Shown piece after piece: positions 1-10,023 of a stretch of DNA of 64,000 nt. A program made the translations under genes and the position numbers. The notes under the pieces are model-generated. The model saw only the letters and a program-made list of their open reading frames with translations, was not told the DNA's origin and made no database searches. Origin of the DNA: an uncultured Methanomassiliicoccales archaeon (GTDB lineage: Archaea > Thermoplasmatota > Thermoplasmata > Methanomassiliicoccales > UBA472); the NCBI GenBank assembly GCA_963695345.1, contig OY968769.1, positions 768,001-832,000 on the forward strand. Reading direction: 5' to 3'. Numbering within the stretch: the first letter of the stretch is position 1; each line of letters starts with the position of its first letter.

Positions 1-3000
1 CGGGACCGAGGCCGTCACGTAGTTCCCGGCCCGGTCCGTCGCCCGGATAAAGACCTGGGCCTCGCCGTCCCCGAACAGGAGGGAAGCGGAGCTACCGGTC
101 TGCGCCGTCCAGTTCGTTCCGTCAACGCTCAGCTCCACCCGGTCCAGGCCGGACACCTGATCGATGACGCTCCAGGCGACGGTCACCGTCTGGGAACCGA
201 GCATCGCCCAGGCGGCCGGCGAGGTTATGGTCACGGTAGGCTCGGTGACGTCGACCATTATGAGGACCGACCGGGTGAGCACGTTGTTCGCCGCATCGGT
301 CACCCTGACGGACAGGGTGACGTTCCCGTCCGGGAGCCCGCCCATCAGTTGGCTCGTGCCGCTCACCGTTCTCCAGGCCTTCCCGTCCCGGGACACCTCG
401 GTCTTGACGATGGTGGAGCTCAGGTCCGTCACCGTCCATTGCAGCAGCACGCCCCCGGTCCGGTCATAGGAGCCGGCCTCCGGCGAGGTGATCGCCAGGG
501 CGAGGATGCTCGGATTCCTCAGCGGCTTGATCATGACCGTGGACGAGTTGGGCCCGTTCCCGATCGCGTTGTGCGCGGCCACCATGAACGTGTAGGTACG
601 TTCATTGGTCAGGCCGGTGATGGTTGTGTTCAGGGTAGTGACCGTGCCCACCCGGACCCCATCCTGGTAGACCACGTAGTGATCGATCGCCAGGCCCCCG
701 TCCGCCGGGGCGGTCCAGTTGAGGTTGACCAACCCATCGCCCGAGTTGGCGGTCAGGCCGATCGGTGCGTATGGCACCTGCTGCCTGGTCCAGCTGGCGG
801 TCTGGTTCAACGGGCCGGTTATCTGTATGGCGCCGGTGACTGGATTCTCCATGCCGGTGTAGCTGCCGGTCCCGCTCCCGGTCCAGCCGTTGAAGATGTA
901 GCGTTCGCCGGCCCCGGCGGCCGGAGCGGTGGCATTGAGCACGATGCTCGAACCTTCAACGACCCATAGTTCCCCCGCGATCGGATCGGTCGTCCCGTAG
1001 TTCGTGGTGATGTTGACCAGGTATTGATGGATCCAGCTGGCGGTCTCGGTGATCGGTCCGTTCATGGTGACATTGGCCGCAGGCGAGGCCCCCGCCCCGG
1101 TGTAGTTCCCCGACCCGGACCCGGTCCAGCCGACCCAGTGATAGCGTTCGTAGGCCGATGCCACCGAGGGGGCGGCCGCGTTTATCGCAACCTTGGAACC
1201 GGCGTTCTGCCAGGTACCGGTCCCGCCGGCCGCCGGCGTGGTGGTGCCAACGTCGGCCGCCATGGACAGGAGGTACTGGTGGTCGAAGTCTGCGATCACC
1301 GTGGCGGTAAGGGCGGTGACCGTGTAGCTATGGATACGGGCCCCTCCATCGCTCCAGGAACTGAAGGCGTATCGTTCCCCGGACGTCCCGACGGTTTGGA
1401 CCGCCTGGATGGAATGGACCGCCCCGATGGTCCATTTGAAGTTCGCCGGAGTGGTGATCGGGCTCCCGTCTACCAGCACGTACCCCGCCCCGGTCGGGCT
1501 GGAGGTTATGGTTATGCCCAACGCCAGCACGAAGTTCGCGGTGATGGTTCCCGGACCGCCGATGAACGCAGTGGTCAAAGCGGTCTGGGCGCCGAAGGTC
1601 AGGGAGGTGGACCCGCTGGTCCAGGTGGAGAACGCATAGTTCGTCGCCGGTGTGGCCTGGATCGTGATGACATCCCCGGCGTCGTACCAAATGTTTGTGC
1701 CAGCGGGAGCGGTGGTGCCCCCTCCTGCCGGCGTTACGGCGAAGGAGACCTGGTATTGCCTGGTCCAGTTGGCCGTCTCGGTGATCGGGCCGTTGACGGT
1801 AACGGCATTGGTGGCCAGCTTGGTGGTCCCGGAGTAGCTCCCGGTGCCAGTTCCGCTCCAGCTGTTCCAGACGAAACGATATCCCGTACCGGACGCCGGT
1901 GCGGCGGCGTCCAGCGTTACCGTTGACCCGACATTGTACCAGTAGGAGCCGACCGCCGGGGTCGTCGTGCCTCCGTCGGTCGCCATCGTGACCAGGTACT
2001 GGTGGGCGAAGGTGGCGGTGACGGTCGCCGTTGCGGTCACGGTGTAAGAATGGACCCTGCTCCCGGAATCGCTCCAGGACGTGAACGAGTACCTTTCTCC
2101 CGTCCCGACGGTCACCGTACTCAGTGCTTCGAGCGAATGGATGGAACCGGGAAGCCAGCTGAAGGCATGCGGCGTCGATGTCGCAACCCCGTCAACCAGG
2201 ACATATCCCGTCCCAGAAGGGCTGGAGGTGATCGTCACCGTCACCGGCTGAAGTGTGAACGCCGCCGTGATCGTTCCCGGACCGTTGATGTTGGCGGTCG
2301 TGGAAGCGGCCTGCGCGTTGAACGTTATCGAGGCCGTGTCGCTGTCCCAGGAAGTGAACGCATAGCCGTCATCCGGCACCGCCTGGATCGAGAGCGGAGC
2401 CGGCGTCCTCCCAGACCAGTCCGGACGGTGAGGTCGTGCCGCCGGCCGATGGAGAGGATACGAATGACACCAGGTACTGCGTGGTCCAGCTGGCGGTCTC
2501 GGTGATCGGGCCATTGACGGTAACGGCATTGGTGGCCGGCCGGTTGGTCCCGGTATAACTGCCGGTGCCCGATCCAGCCCAGCCATTCCATTCGTATCGT
2601 ATAGTGGTCCCAGCCGTCGGTGCCGTGGCATCCAGGGTCACCTGTGACCCCACGCTGTACCAATGAGTGCCGACCGCTGGCGTGGTTGTCCCGCCATTGG
2701 TTGCCAGGGTGACCAGGTACTGGTGGGCGTAACTGGCGGTGATGGTCGCAGTAGAGGAGGTTACCGTGTAAGAATGGACCCTGCCACCGCTGTCGCTCCA
2801 TGACGTGAATAGGTATCGCTCATTCCCACTGATGTCGACGCTCGCCGCCGCTTCGAGAGTATGAGACTCCCCAGGCAGCCAAGAGAATGTGTGGGGAGTG
2901 CTGAACGCATCATTGTCCACTAGGACATAACTCGGCCCGGTCGGACTGGAGGTTATGGTCACGCCGACCGGAAGCAGCGAAAAGGTCGCCGTGATCGTCC

Positions 3001-5260
3001 CAGGCCCTTCGATGGTGGCCTCTGTCGAGGCGGACTGAGCGTCGAAGGTTATCTTCGTTGGATTACTGGATGACCATGATTCAAATGCATATCCAGATAA
3101 GGGCGCCGCCTGGATCGATAGCGAGCCAGCGTTCTCCCATACATCCTCCCCCGCAGGGGTCACAGTACCTCCGCCAGGGGGAGACACGGCGAAGGAGACT
3201 TGGTATTGATGGACCCAGGTGGCCGTTTCCGTGATCGGGGCGTTCATGGTGACGGCGTTGGAGGCTGGATTGCTAGTTCCATCGTAGCTTCCTGTACCCG
3301 TTCCCGACCAGGAAGTGAACTGATATCGTTCTCCGGCAATGTTCGGTCGGATGAGTGGCAGTGATCGTCACCTGGGATCCGGCATTGTACCATGATCCGG
3401 TCTCGGGACTGGTCGTTCCGGCATTTGAGACCATTGATCAGTCGGTACTGGTGATTCCAGCTTGCATATTCGGTGATAGGGCCGTTCATGGTGACGGCGT
3501 TGGAGGCTGGATTGTCCGTGCCATCATAGCTTCCAGTACCCGTTCCGGACCATGAAACGAACAGGTATTGTTCCCCGGTAACAGTGGTCGGATGATTGGC
3601 GGTGATAGTAACCTGGGAACCGGCGTTGTACCATGTACCGGTCGAGGGTTCGACTGTGCCATCACTGGAATCGATCGTCAGCTGGTATTGGTGGGTCCAA
3701 GTGGCTGTCTCTGTGATCGGACCGTTCATGGTGACGGCGTTGGAGGCTGGATTGTCCGTCCCATCATAGCTTCCAGTGCCTGTTCCGGACCATGAGACGA
3801 ACTGATATCGTTCCCCAGCAACAGTGGTCGGATGATTGGCGGTGATTGTTACATGATCTCCCGCATCGTACCAGGATCCGGTCACCGGACTGGTCGTTCC
3901 GGCAGCGTTTATCATGGTCAGCTGATACTGCAAGTTCCAATCGGCGGTTTCGGTGATCGGCCCGTTGACCGTCACGGCGTTGGTGGCCGGATTGTCCATC
4001 CCATCGTAGTTACCGCTCCCGCTTCCGGCCCAACCGTTCCAGGTGTAACGAGCACCTTCGTCTGCTGCCGGCTCTGTAACCTCCAGAGTAAGATGCGTCC
4101 CGGCGTTGTACCAATGAGTGCCTACCGTCGGCGTGGTGGTCCCTCCATTGGTCGCCATCGTGACCGAGTACTGGTGTGCGAAGCTCGCGGTGACGGAAGC
4201 CGCCGCACCTACGGTATAGGAATGGATTTGATTCCCAGAATCAGTCCAAGATGTGAAAGAGTACCTTTCTCCCGTCCCGGCAGTCACCGGGGACAGCGCC
4301 TCGAGTGAATGGCTTGACCCGGGGACCCAATTGAAGGTGTGCGGCGTTTCGGTTTCAGCTCCGTCCACTATGACATAACCTTCCCCGATCGGGCTAGAAG
4401 TTATTATAATCTGGACAAGATTTTGAACGAAGTTCGCGGTGATGGTTCCAGGCCCTCCAATCTGAGCCGTTGTTGCAGCAGTGGTCGATGAACCGAAGGT
4501 TATATCGCCATTGTTGCTGGACCATGATGCAAAGGTGTATCCAGCCGATGGAGTTGCCTGAATCGAGAGAGAGCCCTCGTCCTTCCAATCGTCCGTTCCA
4601 GATGGGGTGGTTGTCCCTCCGCCCGCCGGTGAAACGGCAAACGAGACCAGGTACTGATGGGTCCAGGTCGCTGTCTCGATGATGGGACCGTTCATCGTCA
4701 CTGTGGTCGGGTTGAGCGCTCCATCATAGCTGCCTGATCCCTGGCCGTCCCAGATTAGAGATACGAATTTATCGTTGGCTGACGCCGATGGGGCCATGCC
4801 GGTGATGGTAATCTCGGTACCTTCATTGTGCCAAGAATTGCCAACACCAGGGCTTGTGGTTCCAACGTTGGCAGCCATAGTGAGCTGGTATTGGTGATCA
4901 AATACCGCGGTGAACGCGGCGGTCAGGTCCGTGACAGTATAGGCATAGGTTAGGGTATCAGTCAGGTAAGTGTCATCTTCCCAGTGATTGAACGAATACT
5001 GTTCCCCCGTTACGCCGGGAACGGACAGATATTGCGACAAGGGTATGTTCGGTCCCTTGCTCCCAGTTGTGAATGGTCGTTGGCGTTTCGATCGCCTCTC
5101 CGTCCACCATGACGTATCCGGGCCCGGCGGGGTTGGATGTGATGGTGATCTCAACGGTGTCGGCGACGGCAGATCCTGTAGCCAATATGATCACTGCGCC
5201 CAACATCAGTCCTAGTGCGACCAGCAGGATGATGCCCCCAATCTTTGACTTTCCTAACAT
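1..5260 (-). CDS. Very large secreted/surface protein with divergent InlB-B-like (Flg_new_2-type) repeats, FN3 and Ig-like domains; split by several frameshifts and running off the left edge
   Basis: Signal peptide MLGKSKIGGIILLVALGLML at 5260. Consecutive ORF pieces 4973-5260, 3244-5154 and 2369-3247, plus an open frame from ~2400 to <1, carry the same repeats (ITSSPxGxGYVLVDG, WxGxGxGSYxG, GPITETAxW). Paralogous to 10024-15291. Confidence 0.85.
3241..3960 (-). repeat. Three near-identical ~240-bp tandem units inside the surface protein gene
   Basis: CGTTCATGGTGACGGCGTTGGAGGCTGGATTG recurs at 3241, 3483 and 3723 (spacings 242 and 240). Confidence 0.85.
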
Positions 5261-5616
5261 ATGGAATCCCCGCCCCCTTTGTGAAATGGTGCCGGTGGAG
5301 CTATTAACTCATCACGAAGCAGCTGAATATCATTCTTGATAATAAGAAGAACGCTGAGCAACTTGAATTATTTCATTGGTGTGACCTTTCGGGGAATGAA
5401 ATGCCGGACCAGGCCTTATTGTCGATTCTGATAATGAGATGAGGTCGGCTCTCATATCTTACTGGCAGGAAATGTTTTCGCCTTTACCGAGTCCCTGATG
5501 CTCTGACCTGGCGGACGATTGATGGAATAGCGGTCGCTAGAGAACAGAAAATGATTAGAAAAAAGCCCGAAAAAATCCCAAAGGGGTTTTTGCTGCCCTC
5601 ATTCAGCAAAACTAAC

Positions 5617-5889
5617 TTATTCGCTACTGCCAAACAAGGACACGCGGGATGAAACGCCGTCAAATAACGCCGAGTCGCAGAACGTCAGATCGCAGGATCC
5701 GGTCGTGAGCGCAAGGCAGGCTGAATCGGTTTGGTTGACTCCTTGTGTGCCCGTTTGAGTGGCGGTCTGATCGTGCGTAACGGCGTCAGATCCGCCTGAT
5801 GATAGCTGTACTCCTACTGCCAGGGTCGAAAACCCCAGCATGGCCAGCACCAACACTGCGGCTATCTTCAATCCCCCAGATTGATCCAT
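5617..5889 (-). CDS. Small secreted or membrane-anchored protein (~90 aa) with a Thr/Gln linker and three C-terminal Cys
   Basis: Hydrophobic N-terminus IAAVLVLAMLGFSTLAVGV; purine-rich GGGGAGGG before the ATG at 5889; hairpin and T-tracts downstream (5560-5612). Confidence 0.55.
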   Translation of the reverse strand: MDQSGGLKIAAVLVLAMLGFSTLAVGVQLSSGGSDAVTHDQTATQTGTQGVNQTDSACLALTTGSCDLTFCDSALFDGVSSRVSLFGSSE

Positions 5890-6300
5890 AGTTATGACCT
5901 TTCCCTCCCCCAATTTATATCGTTTTCATGGTTATGTAAATGGTTTTTCGCCCGTGGCACGGTGAGATGAGTGTTCACGGCTCATCAGAGGCAGCCTCTT
6001 CTCGGACCGACTTTTAGACGTCGATCCGAACCACAGACCGGCCTACCTCTACCAACCCTAAAGGTCGGTTCCCCTGATTCCCGACTAAGCTTCCATGTTA
6101 TCAAATTTGATATTTAGAATTTAGTTGATGAAATAGCGGATAAAATGCAAAATATCCGACGAAAACTCAATTTTGTTTGTTACCTGATTTGATAAGCAAT
6201 AGTTTCGACTCGAAAGCGCTGAGCATCGGATTGGTTGTTCAGGACCTGCCCCTGTCGAATGTAGGTCCGTGTCCGGGAGCCCATGACCATCGGTCGACGC

Positions 6301-7404
6301 CTAGATAACGACAACGAACCTAGCCCCCTTGGAACGGTCACCGGGAACCCGGTCCTCGACCCAGACCCTCCCTCCCTGTTCCTCGACCAGGCGTTTGACC
6401 AGATAGAGCCCGAGGCCGTGCCCGGTCACCTTGGTCCCCCCGCGGGTGGAGCGGTCGAACACCTTCTCCTTCATGTCGTCCGGTATCCCGGGGCCGTTGT
6501 CCTCGATGCTGACCCGGCAATGCTCATGTCCCTCCTGGGAGGGATTGACCAGGTTCATGCCGATCTCCAGCGGTCCGGTGGAGTGCTTGATGGCGTTGCT
6601 GACGATGTTGCCGAAGGCGTCCTTCAGCAGGCTGGAGACCGGCCGCGGGCAGCCCCCCCGGCCGTCCAGCTTGATGACCACGTCCCTTCCCGGTGGGTGC
6701 TCGTACTCTTCCTTGATCTGCTCCAGCATGGCGCAGATATCCACCATCTCGGCCTTGAAACGGTCCTTCTCGAGCCTCTGTATGTTGCGCACGTTGGCGA
6801 TCAGCTCGCTGCTGTTCCGGAGCTCCTGCATCGGTATCAGGAGCAGCCTCTTGTCCTTGTCCTCCAGCTGCAGCCGCATCTCCGCCAGCTGCAGATACCC
6901 CAGGGCGGCGGTGATGTAATTGTTTATGTCATGGGTGAGCAGGTCCAGATAGAGCTCGGCCCGGCCCTTCTCCTCCCTCAGCTCCTTCTCGATGCGCTTC
7001 CTCTCGATGGCGAAGACAATGGCATGGCTCAGGTTGCTGGAGGTGAGGTCGTTCTTGAAAAGGTAGTCCTGCGCCCCCTCGTTGATGGCCCGCGCCGCCT
7101 CGTGCTCGTCGGTGGAACCGGTGAGCACGACGATGGGGACCTGCGGGAACCGGCCGTGGATATTCGTAAACGTTTCGAACCCGTGGCTGTCCGGCAGGTT
7201 CAGGTCGAGCAGGATCACGTCATAGGCTTCGTTCTCGAGCATCCTCAGGGCGTTCGATACCAGGTCGGCGTTGGATATCGTGTAACGTCCCAATATCGCC
7301 TTGTACAGGTATTCCCTGATCAGCCCCAGGTCGCCGGGGTTGTCCTCGACCGCAAGCACCCTGACAGAATCCGCTTTTTCGTCGGCGTACTTCATTGTGG
7401 ACAT
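6301..7404 (-). CDS. Hybrid response regulator/sensor histidine kinase (REC-HisKA-HATPase)
   Basis: REC motifs VEDN, LLDLNLPD, LTG and YLFK; H-box THDINN; N/G boxes NAIKH, DNGPGI and GHGLGL. Confidence 0.93.
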   Translation of the reverse strand: MSTMKYADEKADSVRVLAVEDNPGDLGLIREYLYKAILGRYTISNADLVSNALRMLENEAYDVILLDLNLPDSHGFETFTNIHGRFPQVPIVVLTGSTDEHEAARAINEGAQDYLFKNDLTSSNLSHAIVFAIERKRIEKELREEKGRAELYLDLLTHDINNYITAALGYLQLAEMRLQLEDKDKRLLLIPMQELRNSSELIANVRNIQRLEKDRFKAEMVDICAMLEQIKEEYEHPPGRDVVIKLDGRGGCPRPVSSLLKDAFGNIVSNAIKHSTGPLEIGMNLVNPSQEGHEHCRVSIEDNGPGIPDDMKEKVFDRSTRGGTKVTGHGLGLYLVKRLVEEQGGRVWVEDRVPGDRSKGARFVVVI

Positions 7405-7491
7405 CGATCATCCCTCTAGCTGTGGCGTCGTTTTGATAATCCTTCTCCGTGGAAAAAGCGATGTTTCCAGCCCGAGACATGCTGAAGGTTG

Positions 7492-7510
7492 GCCTAGGCG
7501 GCGCCTAGGC
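7492..7510. other. Perfect GC-rich inverted repeat between the B12-protein gene and the kinase gene
   Basis: GCCTAGGCG-G-CGCCTAGGC, with 9-bp arms. Confidence 0.5.
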
Positions 7511-7531
7511 TAGGCCAGACGTCTCTGACGG

Positions 7532-8565
7532 TCATTTCAGCAGAGAGTTGACCACCCGGACCGCCTCGTCCGCGTCCTTGGCGAAGCCGTCGGCGCCGAT
7601 GGCGCTCCACAGCCCCTCGACGTTGTTGAACGCGTAACCGCCCACCACCACCTTGATGCCTTCCAGGGTGGATTCGGCGCGTATGTGCCGGATGAGCACC
7701 CTGACGCGCTTGATGTTGTAGCCCATGGTGACCGATACCAGGAGCGCCTTGGCCTTCCGCTCCTTCAGCATGGAAATCACGTCCGCGTGCGGGGTGTTCG
7801 CGCCCAGATAGCTGACGTCCCATCCGTCCATCTCCAGGAAGTCCGCCACCATGCGCGAGCCGAGGCCGTGCATCTCGTTGCCCACGCAGGTGACCACCAG
7901 GTTTCCCTTGCGGCAGACCTGGCAGGTCATCGCCAGGCTTACCTGGGACAGCACGTGATGGGCGAACTCGGTGGCGTAGTGTTCCTGGGCCACGCTTATC
8001 TGGCCCAGCTGCCAGCGCCGGCCCACCTCGTACTGCGCCGGCTGGATGATGTTGATGTAGATGTCCTTGGGCTGGATCCCCTGGGCGACGGCGTTCCGGA
8101 TGGTCTCCTGGGCTCCGGCCCTTTCTCCCGCCAGCACCTGCTCCACGTAGGTCTTGGCGATGGTGCCCATCTCGACGCTGTCGTTTATGAACGGGGCTTC
8201 CGACTCCGGCATGGTCGGATATTGTTCGATGGTGAGCCCCAGGATGCTGTCCACCTGCTCGGCGAATGAACCCTTGAGCTCGCCGCGGCATTGCCTCCGG
8301 ATGATCTCCAGCTTTTCCTGGACCACTCCGGAGGGGACACCGGCGTGGATCAGCACGATCTTGGACCAGGCGATGTAGTTGACGAACATCGGCGGGCAGT
8401 TGATGTTGGCCGCATCGAACAGGAACGCGATCTGTTTCCGGGTATCCTCCAACCAGGGATCGTTCGGCTCCCCCGGTAATGGGCAAAGATGTCCGGCCGC
8501 AGCTTCTTGTGGTCCGCCATGACATTCAGGGCCAACCGTTCGATCGATCCATATGGGTCATCCAT
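7532..8565 (-). CDS. Cobalamin-binding protein with N-terminal globin/phycocyanin-like helical domain and CarH-type B12 domain; one frameshift at ~8472
   Basis: W-x9-EH (WQLGQISVAQEH), ExHxxG (EMHGLG), YLGANTP and VVVGG. Adding one G to the G5 run joins ORF 8350-8565 (MDDPYG...FAHY) to 7532-8452, giving 345 codons. Confidence 0.85.
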
Positions 8566-8650
8566 CTATGCCACCTGACCTGTCGGATGACCGCTCCGCC
8601 TTAAGAATGTTCTGAAGTCATTGTCCGTAAGCCATGTTGACGTCATCTGG

Positions 8651-9325
8651 TCAGCCCTCCCTCATGATCGGTTGCCCTTCCCCTGCCGCTGCGCCCCGCT
8701 CCGCCGCCATCCGGGCGGCCAGTTCCTTGACCTGCTTGATCGCGTCCGTCATGACGACCAAGGTCCCGTCCCGGGTCTCATAGGAAAGCGACAGCTCGTC
8801 GGCGAACAGCTTGGCCTTCTTCTCGAAGCACTCCCGCTCGCCGATGGTGTGGATGTACACGGACCGGGAGTATCCGTCGAACATCTTGGAGTACATCCTC
8901 TTGAAATCGTCCGAATCCATCTCCATTCCCATCTTGCTCTCCCAGTCGTTCTCCTGCCATTCCATGTCCATGTCCGAGAAGTACGGCGTCGAGTAGTAGG
9001 TCAGGGGTACCTTCTCCCGCTCCCGGTCGTACACCTCCTGGGTGAGGTAGACGGCGATGCAGTCGTCCGCCTTGAAGGTGACCGTGGGCACCCTGAGCTC
9101 GTCCACGATGTTGTTCAGCGACCCGCAGACGCCATAGCCCAGCAGCACCGCGTCCATCGTGCCCTCCAGTCCGTTCACCTTCTCCACGATGACGTCCCGC
9201 AGCCGGTTCGGATCGTTGTGCAGGTTGAACTCCAGATAGTCGCGCATGACGAAGTCGGTATCACCTTCGGTAAGCGCTTCCAGCTCACGCTTGAAGTGAT
9301 CACATGCAACTATAGCGATTCTCAT
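8651..9325 (-). CDS. DUF1638 domain protein
   Basis: IVAC, LHNDPxxLR, LLGYGVCG and DDCIA motifs are typical of DUF1638. Confidence 0.85.
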   Translation of the reverse strand: MRIAIVACDHFKRELEALTEGDTDFVMRDYLEFNLHNDPNRLRDVIVEKVNGLEGTMDAVLLGYGVCGSLNNIVDELRVPTVTFKADDCIAVYLTQEVYDREREKVPLTYYSTPYFSDMDMEWQENDWESKMGMEMDSDDFKRMYSKMFDGYSRSVYIHTIGERECFEKKAKLFADELSLSYETRDGTLVVMTDAIKQVKELAARMAAERGAAAGEGQPIMREG

Positions 9326-9485
9326 CTCGGGAATACCTCACAGTTCATCCTGATATGATTGGACTGGCGTCGTTCGGGCGTGATGGAACTGTCCCTGGTC
9401 CGTATTTATTCATTGCGATTTTCCCAGCCGCCAGAAACGTAGGTTCCCCTGAACGGCTCGGCTCACGTCAACGAGGCGGCGAGGA

Positions 9486-9959
9486 CTACTTGCCGCTAAT
9501 CGCCGCCACCAGGCCCAAGGCCCACTCCTTTACCTTCCCCGGTTCCCCGTCCCGGAACTGGTATTTGTCCTTGCCACCGTGGACGTAGGCGAGCAAGGGG
9601 GCGGTGACGATCTTGAACCCCAGCTCCTCCAGCTGCTTCTGCATCGCATTGTTGGCGTTGCCGCTCATGAACGATTTCATCTGGGTGTCGAAGGAGGCGG
9701 CGAACTTTCCCGACAATTGCTTTCCCTTGAGCCCGTCCAGGAAGCTCACTGTCCCCTTGGTCGGCCTCCACCCCATCGTCGGGGAACCGATGATAAGGCA
9801 GTCATAGTCCTCGATCCTGACCCCTCCGGCGTGGCCCACATGAAGGGCCTCGGCCTCGATCCCCTTTTCCTTCAGCGAATCCTGGATGATCACCGCCACC
9901 TTTTCCGTCATCCTTGTCTTCGATACTGAATCATACACGATCACGACCTTCATTTCCAT
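9486..9959 (-). CDS. Flavodoxin-family protein
   Basis: VIVYDSxxxxxxTEKVA, LIIGSPT and ASFDT motifs. Confidence 0.85.
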   Translation of the reverse strand: MEMKVVIVYDSVSKTRMTEKVAVIIQDSLKEKGIEAEALHVGHAGGVRIEDYDCLIIGSPTMGWRPTKGTVSFLDGLKGKQLSGKFAASFDTQMKSFMSGNANNAMQKQLEELGFKIVTAPLLAYVHGGKDKYQFRDGEPGKVKEWALGLVAAISGK

Positions 9960-10023
9960 ACGCCTCGGGAAAATAGAGCGGTATGGGATATTTAACAGTG
10001 AGGGGGTGATAATATTCAAGGGA

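Noticed and set aside
7532-8565. Methylamine/methanol methyltransferase corrinoid protein
   Set aside because: It has ExH and W-x9-EH rather than DxHxxG, and no MtaB/MttB/MtbA partner is nearby.
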